Assembly (NCBI RefSeq): GCF_009914755.1
Contig: NC_060936.1
Direction: 5' to 3' (one strand)
Source: the human T2T-CHM13v2.0 reference genome, Homo sapiens
Length of the DNA stretch: 64,000 nucleotides
Below are positions 1 through 16,725 of this stretch, piece by piece (position 1 is the stretch's first letter; each line of letters begins with the position of its first letter). A model generated the notes under the pieces. That model saw only the letters and a list, made by a program, of their open reading frames with translations, made no database searches and was not told where the DNA came from. The position numbers and the translations under genes were made by a program.

Positions 1-3000
1 CATCAACATCAACAAAAAGGATGTCCACACCAAAACCCCAAAGGTCACCAAAAATCCAAAGGTCACCAACATCAACGACCAAATGTAGATAAATCCATGA
101 AGATGAGGAAAAACTGGTGCAAAAAGGCTGAAAACTCTAAAAACCAGAATGCCTCTTCACCTCCAAAGGATCATAACTCCTCGCCAGCAAGGGAACAAAA
201 TAAGGGAGAATGAGTTTGACGAATTGACAGAATAGGCTTCAGAAGGTGGGTAATAACAAACTTCTCTGAGCTAAAGGAGCATGTTCTAACCCAATGCAAG
301 AATGCTAAGAACCTTGAAAAAAGGTTAGAGGAATAGCTAACTAGAATAACTAGTTTAGAAAGGAACATAAATGACCTGATGGAGGTGAAAAACACCCCAA
401 GAGAATTTCGTGAAGCATATACGAGTAGCAATAGCCAAATCGATCAAGTGGAAGAAAGGATATCAGAGATTGAAGATAAACTTAATGAACTAAATTGTGA
501 AGACAAAATTAGAGAAAAAAGAATGAAAAGGAACAAACAAACCCTCCAAGAAATACGGGACTATGTGAAAAGACCAAACCTCCATTTCATTGGTGTACCT
601 GAAAGTGATGGGGAGAATGGAACCAAGTTGGAAAACACTCTTCAGGATATTATCCAGGAGAACTTCCCGAATCTAGCAAGACAGGCCAACATTCAAATTC
701 AGGACATACAGAGACTACCACAAAGATACTCCTCAAGAAGAGCAATCCCAAGACACATAATCATCAGATTCACCAAGGTTGAAATTAAGGAAAAAATGTT
801 AAGCACAGCCAGAGAGAAAGGTCGGGTTACCCACAAAGGGAATCCCATCAGACCAACAGCAGATCTCTCTGCAGAGACCCTACAAGCCAGAAGAGAGTGG
901 GGGCCAATACTAAACCTTCTTAAAGAAAAGAATTTTCAACCCAGAATTTCATATCCAGCCAAACTAGGTTTCATAAGTGAAGGAGAAAAATAATCCTTTA
1001 CAGACAAGCAAATGCTGAGAGATTTTGTCACCACTAGGCCTGCCTCACAAGAGCTTCTGAAGGAAGCACTACGTATGGAAAGGAAAATCTAGTACCAACC
1101 ATGCAAAAACACACAAAAATATAAAGACCAATGACACTATGAAGAAACTGCATCAGCTAATGTGCAAAATAATCAGGTAGCATCATAATGACAGGATTAA
1201 ATTCACACATAACAATATTAACCTTAAATGTAAATGGGCTAAATGCCCCAATTAAAAGGCACAGATTGGCAAATGGATAAAGAGGCAAGACCCATTGGTG
1301 TGTTGTATTCAGGGGACCCATCTCACATGCAAAGACACACATAGGCTCAAAATAAAGGGGTGGAGGAAGATTTACCAAGCAAATGGAAAGAAAAAAAAAG
1401 GGAGGGTTTGCAATCCTAGTCTCTGGTAAAACTGACTTTAAACCAATAAAGATCAAAAGAGACAAAGGCCGTTACATAATGGTAAAGGGATCAATTCAAC
1501 AAGAAGATCTAACTATCCTAAATATATATTCACCCAACACACGAGCACCCAGATTCATAAAGCAAGTTCTTAGAGACCTACAAAGAGACTTAGACTCCCA
1601 CACAGTAATAGTGGGAGACTTTAACACCCCACTCTTAATATTGGACAGATCAACGACACAGAAAATTAATAAGGATATTCAGGACTTGAACTCAGCTTTG
1701 GACCAAGAAGACCAAATAGACATCTACAGAACTTTCCACCCCAAATCAACAGAATATACATTCTTCTCAGCACCACATCACACTTACTCTAAAATTGACT
1801 ACATAATTGGAAGTAAAACACTCCTCAGCAAATTCAAAAGAACAGAAATAATACCAAACAGTCTCTCAGACCATAGTGCAATCAAATTAGAACTCAGGAT
1901 TAAGAAACTCACTCAAAATTGCACAACTACATGGAAACTGAACAACCTTCTGAATGACTGCTGGGTAAATAACAATATTAAGGCAGAAATAAATAAGTTC
2001 TTTGAATCCAATGAGAAAAAAGACACAACATAACAAAATCTCTGGGACACAGCTAAAGCAGTGTTTAGAGGGAAATTTATGGCACTAAATACCTACAGGA
2101 GAAAGTGGGAAAGAGCTAAAATTGACACCCTAATATCACAATGAAAAGAACTAGAGAAACACAAGTACACAAATTAAAAAGCTAGCAGATGACATGAAAT
2201 AACTAAGATCAGAGCAGAACCGAAGGAGATAAAGACAAAAAAAACCTTCAAAAAATAAATGAATCCAGGAGGTGGTTTTTTGAAAAGATGAACAAAAAAC
2301 ATAGACCACTAGCCAGACTAATAAAGAAGAAAAGAGAGAAGAGTCAAATAGACACAATAAAAAATGATAATGGGAATATCACCACTGATCCCACGGAAAT
2401 ATAAATTATCATCAGAGAATACTATAAACACCTCTGTGCAAATAAACTAGAAAATTTAGAAGAAATGGATAAATTCCTGGACACATACACCCTCCCAAGA
2501 CTAAATCAGGAAGAAGTCAAATCCCTGAATAGACCAATAACCAGTTGTGAAATTGAGGCAGTAATTAATAGCATACCTACCAAAAAAAGCCTAGGACCAG
2601 ACGGATTCACACCCAAATTCTACCAGAGGTACAAAGAGGAGATTGTAGCATTCCTTCTGAAACTATTCCAAACAATAGAAAAAGAGAAACTCCTCCCTAA
2701 CTAATTTTATGAGGCCAGCATCATCCTGACACTCAAATTTGGCAAAGACAACAACAAAAAAGAAAGTTTCAGGCCAATATCCCTGATGAACATCGATGTG
2801 AATGTCCTCAATAAAATGCTGGCAGACCAAATCCAGCAGCACATCAAAAAGTTTATCTACCACGATCAAGTCAGCTTCATCCCTGAGATGCCAGGCTAGT
2901 TCAACATATGCAAATCAAGAAATGTAATCCATTACATAAACAGAACCAATGACAAAAACACATGAGTATCTCAATAGATGCAGAAAAGGCCTTCAATAAA

Positions 3001-5216
3001 ATTCAACACACCTTAATGCTAAAAACTCACTAAACTGGGTATTGATGGAATGTATCTCAAAATAATAAGAAGTATTTATGACAAACCCACAGCCAATATC
3101 ATACTAAATGGGCAAAAGCTGGAAGCATTCCCTTTGAAAACTGACACAAGACAAGGATGCCCTCTCTCACCACTCCTGTTCAACATAGTATTGGAAGTTC
3201 TGGCCAGGGAAATCAGGCAAGATAAAGAAATAAAGAGTATTCAAATAGGAAGAGAGAAAGTCAAACTGTCTCTGTTTGCAGAAGACATGATTGTATATTT
3301 AGAAAACCCCATTGTCTCAGCCCAAAATCTTAAGCTAATAAATAACTTCAGGAAAGTCTCAGCATACAAAAATCAATGTGCAAAAATCACAAGCAATCTT
3401 GTACACCAACAATAGACAGAGAGCCAAATTATGAGTAAGCTCCCATTCACAATTGCTACAAAAGAGTAAAATACCTAGGAATACAACTTACAAGGGATGC
3501 AAAGGGCCTCTTCAAGGAGAACTACAAATCACTGCTCAAGGAAACAAGAGAGGACACAAACAAATGGAAAAACATTCCATGCTCATGGACAGCAAGAATG
3601 AATATCGTGAAAATGGCCATACTGCCCAAAGTAATTTATAGATTCAATGCTATTCCCATCAAGTTACCATTGACTTTCTTCACAGAATTAGAAAAAATTA
3701 CTTTAAATTTCATATGGAACCAAAAAAGAGCCTGTATAGCCAAGACAATCCTAAGCAAAAAGAACAAAGTTGGAGCCATCATGCTACCTGACTTCAAACT
3801 ATACTAACAAGGCTACAGGAACCAAAACAACATGGAACTGGTACCAAAAGAGAAATATAGATCAATGAAACAGAACAGAGGCCTCAGAGATAACGCCACA
3901 CATCTACAACCATCTTATCTTTGACAAACCCGTCAAAAGCAAGCGATAGGGAAAGGATTCCCTATTTAATAAACGGTGTTGGGAAAACTGGCTAGCCATA
4001 TGCAGAAAACTGAAACTGGACCCCTTCCTTACACCTTATACAAAAATTAACTCAAGATGGATTAAAGACTTAAATGTAAGACCTAAAACCCTAGAAGAAA
4101 ACCTAGGCAATACCATTCAGGACATAGGCATGGGCAAATACTTCACGACTAAGACACCAAAAGCAGTGGTAACAAAAGCCAAAATTAGCAAATGGGATCT
4201 AATTAAACTAAAGACCTTCTGCACAGCAAAACAAACTATCATCAGAGTAAACAGGCAACCTACACAATGGGAGAAAATTTTTGCAATCTATCCATCTGAC
4301 AAAGAGCTAATATTCAGAATCTACAAGGAACTTAAACAAATGTACAAGAAAAAAAAACAAGCAATCCCATCAAAAAGTGGGCAAAGGATATGAAGAGACA
4401 CTTCTCAAAAGAAGACATTTATGTGGCCAACAAACATATGAAGAAAAGCTCATCATCACTGGTCATTAGAGAAATACAAATCAAAACCACAATGAGATAC
4501 CGTCTCATGCCAGTTGGAATGGCGATCATTAAAAAGTCAGGAAACAGCAGATGCTGGAGAGGATGTGGAGAAATAGGAACGCTTTTATACTGTTGGTGGG
4601 AGTGTAAATTAGTTCAACCATTGTGGAAGAGAGTGTGGCGATTTCTCAAGGATGTAGAATCAGAAATATCATTTGACCCAGCAATCCCCTTACTGGGTAT
4701 ATACCCAAAGGATTATAAATCATTCTGCTATAAAGACACATGCACATGTATGTTTATGGCAGCACTGTTGACAATAGCAAAGAATTGGAACCAACCCAAA
4801 TGCTCACCAATGATAGACTGGATAAAGAAAATGTGGCACATATACACCATACACCATGGAATACTATGCAGCCATAAAAAAGGATGAGCTCATGTCCTTT
4901 GTAGGGACATGGATGAAGCTGGAAACCATCATTCTCAGCAAAGTAACACAGGAACAGAAAACCAAACACTGCATGTTCTCACTCATTAAGTGGGAGTTCA
5001 ACAATGAGAACACATGGACACAGGGAGGCAAACATCACACACTGAGAGCTGTCGGGGAGTGGAGGGCTAGGGGAAGGATAGCATTTGGAGAAATACCTAA
5101 TGTAGATGACGGGTTGATGGGTGCAGCAAATCAGCAGGGCACATGTATACCTATGTAATAAATCTGCAAGTTCTGCACATGTATCCCCAGAACTTAAAGT
5201 GTAATAATAAAAAAAG
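1..5216 (+). mobile_element. LINE-1 (L1PA7-like), near full length but cut by the window start; ORF1 and ORF2 disrupted
   Basis: ORF1 fragment 379-993 (…ENFPNLARQANIQIQ…). ORF2 EN/RT/Cys-rich fragments at 1383-2033, 2465-2704, 3050-3415 and 4390-4887, broken by stops and frameshifts. L1 3'UTR G-rich tract and A-tail at about 5200-5216. Confidence 0.95.
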
Positions 5217-5219
5217 CAA

Positions 5220-6045
5220 GAGACAAACAAAATTACATCAAACGTAAAAAGCTACTGCACTGAAAAAGAAAAAAAAAAACAACAGAGTAAAGAGGCAATC
5301 TAAAAAATTAGGGAAAATATTTTCAAACCATATGTCTGACAAAAGGTTAATAATCAAAATATATAAGGAACTAAACAACTCAATAAAAAATATATTAAAA
5401 ATGGACAAAGAACCTGAAAATGTATTTCTTAAAAGAAGATATACAAATGGCCAACAGATATATAAAAACATGCTCAACATCACTAATCATCAGGAAAATG
5501 CAAATTACAAACAGGATAACTAATCATTTGACATCTGTTAGGAAGGCTGTTATAAAAAAAACAAAAGATGTCACATGTTCATTAGGATATGAAAAAAAGG
5601 GAACCCATGCACATTCTTAGTGGAAATGTAAATTAGTACAGTAGTAATGAACAACAGTGTGGAGATTTCTCACAAAATTAAAAAATAAAGCTACCATATG
5701 ATCCAACAATTCAACTACTGGTTATATTTCCAAAGGGAAGCATATTAATATATCAACAATCTATCTCCTTGTCCATGTATATTGCAGCATTATTTAAGAT
5801 AGCCATGAAATGTAATCAAACTAAGCGTTTATCAGTGGATCCATAGATAAAGAAAATGTGGTATGTACAAACAAAGGAATATGACTCAGCCTTAAAAGAG
5901 AAGGAAACTGTCATTTGTGACAACATAAATGAATCTAGAGGACATCCAGCTAAGTGAAAAATGCCAGCCATATAAAGACATATATCATATGATCTAACAT
6001 GGATGTATATTCCAAAAACAGTTGAACTCATAGAAATAGCGACAA
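5220..6045 (+). mobile_element. Older L1M (L1MA-like) ORF2 end/3' fragment
   Basis: Degenerate ORF2 C-terminus ([21 protein letters not shown]) followed by L1M 3'UTR motifs. Confidence 0.8.
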
Positions 6046-7890
6046 GAATAGTATTAAGTCTATAGATTACTTTGGGCCATATGGCCATTTTAACATTATT
6101 GATTCTTCCTACCCATGAACATGGAATTTCTTTTTATTAGTTTGTGTCATCTATGACTTCTTTAGCAGTGTTTTCTATTTCTCTTCATAGATATTTTTCA
6201 CCACCTTTGTTAGATGTATTCCTAGGTATTTTGTGTGTGTGTGTGTGGCTGTTATAAATGGGATTATGTTCTTGATTTGGCTCTCAGCTTGAATATTATC
6301 GGTATATAGAAATGCTACTGATTTTTGTATATTTACTTTGTTTCCTGAAAATTGATTAAAGCCACTTATCAGTGCAAGGGTTCTTTTGGAGCAGTCTTTA
6401 GGGATTTCTGGGTATCAAATCACATAATCTGCAAAGAGAGGTAGCTTGACTTCTTCTTTTCTTATTTGGATGTGTTTTATTTATTTCTCTTCCCTGATTG
6501 CTCTGGCTAGGAATTCCAGTCCTATGTTGAATAGGAGTGATGAGAGTGGGCATCCTTGTCTTTTTCTAGTTTTCAAGGGAAATGCTTCTAGTTATTGCCT
6601 ATTCAGTATGATATTGCCTGTGGTTTGTCATAGATAGCTCTTCTCATTTTGAGATATGTTCCTTCAGTGCCTAGTTTGTTGTGAGTTTTTATCAAGAAGC
6701 CATGTTAGATTTCATCAAAAAATTTTTCTGCATCTGTTGAGATGATGATATTTTTTTTGTTTTTGATTGTTTATGTGGTAAATCACATGTATGGATTTGC
6801 ATATGTTGAGTCAAACTTGCATTCCAAGAATAAAGCCCACATGATTGTGGTGAATTGTTTTTTTTGAGGTACTGCTGAATTCAGTTTGCTAGTATTTTCT
6901 TGAGGATTTCTGTATCTATGTTCATGAGGGATATTGGCCTGCAGATTTCTTTTTCTGATGTGTCTTTGTCTCGTTTGGTACCAGGGTAATATTGGCCTCA
7001 TAGAATGAGTTGAAGCTTATTACTTCCTCCTCTATTTTTTCAGAATAGTGTGAGTAGGATTGGTATTAGTTCTTTAAATATTTGGTAAAATTTATCAGTG
7101 AAGCCATCAGGTCTCAGGCTATTCTTTGCTGGAAGACTTTTTATTGCAGCTTTGATTTCATTATTTGTTATTGGTCTATTCAGGTTTTGAATTTCTTTAT
7201 GGTTCAATCTTGGGAGGTTATATGTGTTTATGAGTTTATCCAACTTTAAGTTTTCAAATTCATTGGCACATAGCTGCTCAGAGCAGTCTCTAATGATTCT
7301 TTAAATTTCTGCAGTGTCAGTTGTATTGTCTCCTTGTTCATCTCTGATTTTTTTATTTTGGTCTTCTTTCTTTTTTTCGTAGTCTGGCTAAAAGTTTGTC
7401 AATTTTGTTTATCTTTTTGAAAAACAAACTTTTTGATTAATCTTTTGTATTTTTTAAAATTTCAATTTCACTTATTGCAAGTCTGATTTTTATTATTTCT
7501 TTCCTTCTAATTTTGGGTTTGGTTTGCTTTCACTTTTCTACTTCAAGATCCATTGTTGGGTTGTTTATTTGAAGTTTTTCTACATTTTTTCATGAAGTTG
7601 CTTATTACTCTAAACTTTCCTCTTAGCACTACTTTTGTTGTATCCCATAAGTTTTGTTATTGTATATTTCCATTTTCATTTGTTTCAAAATAATTTTGTA
7701 TTCCCTTCTTAATTTCTTCATTGACTTACTGGTCATTCCGGAGCATATTGCTTAATTTTTATGTATTTGTATAGTTTCCAAAGTTCCTCTTGTTGTCAAT
7801 TTCTAGTTTATTCCACTGTAGTCAGAAAACATACTTGCTATGAGTTCAATTTTTTTGAATTTTTTAAAGTCCTGTTTTGTGGTCTAACAT
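6046..7890 (-). mobile_element. Antisense L1 ORF2 fragments (probably two older elements, L1PB/L1MA-type)
   Basis: Minus-strand ORFs [10 protein letters not shown]… and MDKLINTYNLPRLNHKEIQNLNRPIT…. Confidence 0.85.
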
Positions 7891-7974
7891 TTGAAAGAAA
7901 CAAATATAATCTATTCCTATTCTATTTTTTATATTTCATATAGAACTTCTAGAAATTAAAATGCAATACTGGAT

Positions 7975-8265
<291 letters not shown>

Positions 8266-8279
8266 TACAATACTGGAAA

Positions 8280-10854
<2,575 letters not shown>

Positions 10855-11189
10855 TCTCTTGATGTTTTAAAACAAACTTTTCCAGAGAGCTTATTCAAAG
10901 AATAATATGAGAAAACTTCCTAAATCCACGTAATTGGACATTAAACTGTAGAAACACAAAGGACTCCAGCTAGGATGAACAATAAACATTGACACTGAGA
11001 CTCATTATACCCTGTCAAAAGTCAAAGACAAAGAATCTTGAAAACAGCAAAGGAAAAGCAACTAATCATGTATAAGAAAGTTTCCATAAGATTATCGGCA
11101 GATTTATTAGCAGGAACATAGCACACCAGAATTAAGTGGGATAAGATATTCAAAGTGCTGGGAAAAAATGCTAACCAGGAATACTGTAC

Positions 11190-12515
11190 CTACCTTTCCT
11201 CCTGGTAGTTCTGAGGAAACGAGGCAGTCCAGATGAGTGGGTTTCCTCTCAGCGAAGCACATCCCTCCACTAAGGGACTGTCAGAGTGCTTCGTTAAATG
11301 GGTCCTGTTCCCTGTGCCACGCAACTGGGTGAGACCCTCCAGCAGGGGTTGTCAGACACCCTATACAGGAGTGATCCTACTGGTGTCAGGTTGGTGTCTC
11401 TTGAGGTCAGAGATCCCACAGGAAGGAGCAGGCACTCATCTTTGCTGTTCTCCAGCCACCTTGAGTGACATCTCCAGGCGAGGGAGTGAACCAGTTGAAC
11501 AGGCCTGAAGTGAACCCCCAGCAAAATGCAGCAACCCTACAGAAGAGGGACCTGACCATTGAAAGAAAAGCAAACAAACAGAAAGCAACAACAATAGAAT
11601 CAACAACAACAACAAAAATCCCCACAAAAACCCCATCCAAGGGTCAGCAGCTTCAAAGATCAAAACTGGATAAACTCGTGAAGATGAGAAAAAAATCAAC
11701 AAAACAACGCTGAAAACCAAAAATGCCAGAGTGCCTCTTCTCCTCCAAATGATGGCAGTGCTTCTCTAGCAAGGGCACATAACTGGATAGAGGATGAAAT
11801 GGACGAATTGACAGAAGTAGGTTTCAGAAGATGGGTAATAAAAAACTCTGCTGAGCTAAAGGAGCATGTTATAACTAAATGCAAAGAAGCCAAGAACCTT
11901 GATAAAAGGTTAGAGGAGCTGCTAACTAGAATAACCAGTTTAGAGAGGAACACGCATGACCTTACGGAACAGAAAAACACAGCACAAAAACTTCGTGAAG
12001 CATACACAAGTATCAACACCCAAATTGACCAAGCAGAAGAAAGGATATCAGAGTTTAAAGACCACCTTGCTGAAATAAGGCATGCAGACAAGATTAAAGA
12101 AATAAGAATGAAAAAAAACAAAGCCTCCAAGAAAAATGGGACTAGGTAAAAAGACTAAACCTACGATTGATTGGAGTACCAGAAGGAGACGGGGAGAATG
12201 GAAACAAGCTGGAGAACACACTTCAGGATATTATCCAGGAGAACTTCCCCAACCTAGCAGGACAGGACAGTCTTCAAATGCAGAAAATGCAGAGAACGCC
12301 ACAAAGATATCCCACAAGAAGGTCCACCCCAAGACACATAATCATCAGATTCTCCAAGGTCAAAATGAAGGAAAAAAGGTTAAGGGCAGCCAGAGAGAAA
12401 GGTCAGGTCATCCACAAAGGCCGAGGATCCCTCTGCAGAAACCCTATAAGCCAGAAGAGAGTGGGGGGGTCAATATTCAACATTCTTAAAGAAAAGAATT
12501 TTCAACCCAGAATTG
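11190..12515 (+). mobile_element. L1 5'UTR/ORF1 fragment (older L1PA/L1P type)
   Basis: ORF1 pieces MDELTEVGFRRWVIKN… (11799-12149) and IGVPEGDGENGNKLENTLQDIIQENFPNL… (12167-12532). Confidence 0.9.
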
Positions 12516-12517
12516 CC

Positions 12518-12965
12518 CTACAGCCTGGGTGACAGAGTGAGACCCTGTCCCCAGCACCCCCCAAAAAAAGGGAAACAGAGGAAAAAGGAAACAAAATGAC
12601 TACAAGAAATACAAGAAGCGCTGAAGAAAATGGCAATAGTAAATCCTTTCATGTAATTAATTAAGTATAAGTGGATTAAATTATTCAATAAAAAGACCCA
12701 GTGTGGCTGAATGAGTAAAAAGCCAGATCTAACTGTATTCTGTCTATAACAGAAACACTTTTGATGTAAGGGCACGCACAGTCTGAAAATGAAAGGACTG
12801 AAAAAGAAATTCCATGCAAATGGGAACCAAAAGAAAAAGGGGTGGCCGTATTTACATCAGATAAAATAAATGTTAAGTTATAATGATAAAGGATCAGATA
12901 ACCAGGAGGACATAACAATTATAAACATATATTAGAGCACCCAAATATATGAAGGGAATATTAAA
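12518..12965 (+). mobile_element. Alu 3'-end fragment joined to an L1M ORF2 5' fragment
   Basis: cagcctgggtgacagagtgagaccctgtc, followed by L1 ORF2-start motifs (aaaatggcaatagtaaatcct…; tacatcagataaaata). Confidence 0.7.
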
Positions 12966-15900
12966 ATAACCCTTCAAAGACAAGACTGTCCACTGTCTAC
13001 TGTATCCCATTCTGGATAATTCTCAACATCCAATATTCAATACTTAATTCTGGGTTGCTGACAGTAACATCTCACTGTTGAATTTTGATAGCAGAAGGAA
13101 TAGAATAATAGCTTTCTTATTTTTAAACCTTCTAGAAAAGAAAAAGATTTGACAATATCAACTGCTTGAAAGATAGGTTTAGGACCTACGCTGCCATATA
13201 TAAAACACATTAGTAGGCTGAGTCTGACAAAAACAGAATTAATTCTTGATGTCTCTGGGTAAACATTTGAAAATCGTATTGAATTTAGTCTGGGATCTAT
13301 TCTCTTCAGAAGCTCTGCTTTTAAAGAAAGAAGACAGACTTGTTTCCTAAGTCTGTCTCAGAAAAAAAGAAATCTTCTGAGTTAGAATCTTTATTAAATA
13401 CATCATTATAAATTAAATTAAATATGTATATCAACGTTCACATTATTTTCACAGATACAGCAATTTAAACCTGGCTAAGATTCCTGAAATATTTCCTGAA
13501 GGAAAATAGCAAACAGAAAATTCCCCAAAAGCTCTTTGGAATATCAGCATGCAGATTAATATAATTTGTATTATGTCTATACATTCTAAGTCCTATAATA
13601 AAATGTATTTCCATAAATAAAATTTTCCCCATTCAAATAAGCACCATCGAGTAAGTAAATATCCTAACAATGAGACTAAATCTAATTGAATTATCAACAG
13701 AGCTCAAATTGAATGGTGTTTTCTGAATGAAATTTTTCGCTTTACTGGGTTCTGACAATATAATTCAAAGCTAAGCAAAAATTTACCCTTTTTTCTAGGG
13801 GAGAATAGGATGCTTTGCAATTTTATTATGAATTTATAAAGACATACCCGTTCTTTTATTATGTTTTTACATCTTTGCAAAATTGACTGTATCACTGACA
13901 CAATCAAAGATTTAAAGTTATTACTATTCCTTTAAAATTCCAAAGGTTTTCTTCAAACTTCTCAAGTTTGTACACACCTCAGAATCAAAATGCCAATTTC
14001 TGCAATCCTGGCTCAGGATTTTCTAGAATTTTAAGCCACATATTTAAAAACACCTTACCAGCCATGGCTTTTCGAAATTTAACCTAGTATTTCTCCTTTT
14101 CTTTCTCAATGAGTGGATAGTTGATTTTGTGACTGACACACCAAAGACACTCACTTCTTTCGGGCTAGAGGAATTTCGACAAATCTACTTATCGAAAATG
14201 GAAAGCAAAGACATACAACTAAACATTAAACATGCTATTTCATACAATGTCTAGTAAATAGTATTTTTTATACATCAATTCCCCAGAAATCGCACCACTG
14301 TGCAGAGGAAATTTCAAGTCTGTAAAGCATAATTCTTTGGTTCTATAACTGAAATATTAAGATAAATTACTTTTTAAACAGATAACTTTCAAGGAGAAAA
14401 AAAGGAAAAACAAATTATTCTTTCAATTAAAAAAATTTTTAATATTATTTCCTAAACCAGTGTGGAAACATACAATTTTGTACACATGAAATTCCACAAT
14501 GTGTGCATAATCAGACCTCATATGTTTAATGAAATGCTTTTTTAGGAAACATATTTCTTCAGTGTAACAAAATATTTAATATTTGTAATAGATTTGTAAA
14601 GTCATTTCCAGTCATTGACTCACAATTATAGATTTAAATTTTTTGCTAGCAAATTTATTTTACATCAACGAATTCTGTTTGTATTATTGTTCTTGTAAAT
14701 GTAATCAATAGTAAGCTATGAACTTACTGTAATCAGTAGTAAGCTATGAACTTACGTGTGTTAATATCATTTCTAATAAAAAGCTGATTGAATTTTAGTG
14801 CAAGCTGTATCAACACAATTCCTAAACTTTCAGACTTCTCTTCACATAATGTATGAATGATCAAATTTTGTTTGCTGGCAAGTATGAGAACTTAATCTTC
14901 TCTTTTCCTCTTTTCTAATATATTTGTCAATATCTTTAGATCAGTCTCATTTTCTCTACCAGTGTTTTATTCACCTCACTGCCCAGAAAAGTTTCCCACT
15001 TTATCCTTTTCATACTATTTCTCTTGCCAAGAAATATATTTACAGATATTGCTTGATTTTAAAACTTTCCACTAAGCAGTTCACATAAAATTCAGGAGAT
15101 TGTTCCAGCCAAATAGCCAGTAAATAGCACCCTGAACCATATCGACGTCATGGGCTGAACTACACACCTCCCCTAGAAGCCACAGAGGTTCCACCACAGC
15201 CTTGGCAGCACTGGGGTTTGCTGTATCTCTACAGGGGTGAGCAGAAACATCCATTGCACACACTCAACCACTCATACACAGTCATTTTTCTACTTACTAT
15301 TGTTATTCTAAGTTTTTATATACCTTCAACTTTATTGCTCATAGTTAACTTGTAAGTGCTTTCTGAGCATAGAAGTTACACCACCTCCTTTTGAAATTCA
15401 TCATAGCCCCTGGGAGCCAAGAAATATCTGTTGTTGTAGCTTTCTGGAGCATAAAAAAAATGTTGACCAGAAAATAGTATATCTTTGAATGTGCTGTCTT
15501 GTACAAAATATTCTTTTCATTTTTTTATTTGACTCAATATTAAATATCCCAGAAAACGACTTTCAAATGTGCAAACACTGGGCAGCCTAACATTTTGGAT
15601 AAGGTCCACCTTACATACTCCTATCACAGTCCAGGCTTACACCTAGCTTTGTGCTGGAACTCTGTCTTCTGTGACTTGCTCCCCTATGTATTGTAAGTAC
15701 CTTAATGGACCATGCTTACTTAACCTTTATAACCCTGGGGCTATCACAGCAACTGGCCACATATGTTAACCCAATAAATGTGAGTTCAGTGAATAAATAA
15801 ATGATATAGAATTGATGTCATTTCCCAGAGCATCTATTCATTCTGCACCACAGATAGAAAAGCACAAAATGATATTTAAGATACAATATAGGTATTTCTT

Positions 15901-16014
15901 TTTTTTAACTTTTCTTACAGCCATAACTTTTAAGCAGCATGAAGAAAAATAGAAGTCTTTGTGAAAGGCATGTAATATATAAAAATTAAAATCTAATATG
16001 TTTGATTTTGTTAA

Positions 16015-16725
16015 TTCGTTTTTTTCAACTTTTATTTTGGATTCAGAGGGCACATGACAGTGTGTGACATGGGTATATGTGTAATACTAAGGTTTGGGAT
16101 AAAGATGATCCCATCACCCAAGTAGTAACCATAGTACCCAACAGGTAGTTTTGGGTACCACGCCAGCCTCTCTCCCATCCCCTAACAGTCGCTAATGTCT
16201 GTTTTTCCAGGTTTATATATTTGTGTACCAAATGTCTAACTCCCACTTATAAGTGAGAATATGCAGTGTTTGAGATTCTGTTTCTGCATTAATTCACTTA
16301 AGATTTTGGCATCCAGCTGCATACATACCGCCACAAAAAACATGATTTTATTTATCTTTATGTATGCATAGTATTCCATGGTGTACGCATACCACATTTT
16401 CTTTATTCAATCCACCATTAATGGGCACCTACATTGATTCTGTCTTTGTTGTTATGAATAGCACCATGAGGGACATAAACATACATACGTCTTTTTGGTG
16501 GAACAACTGATTTTCCTTTGGTTATATACCCTGTAATGGGATTGCTGGTCAAATGATAGATCTGCTTCAGGTTCTTTGAAAAATCTCTAAACTGCTTTCC
16601 ACAGTGCCTGAATTAATTTTCATTTCTACCAATAGTGTATAAGTGTTCACTTTTCTCTGAAACCTCAAGAGCATCTTTTATTTTTTGACATTTTAATAAC
16701 TGCCATTCTGACTGATGAGAGATAT
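16015..16725 (-). mobile_element. L1 3' end (L1PB/L1PA16-like)
   Basis: T-rich tail; ctcccacttataagtgagaatatgcag, tagtattccatggtg and gccattctgactg motifs. Confidence 0.9.

Noticed and set aside
14701-14755. 28-bp unit repeated twice (similar small pairs at 38-68 and 28321-28363)
   Set aside because: Ordinary slippage duplications; two copies only, with no spacer or array structure
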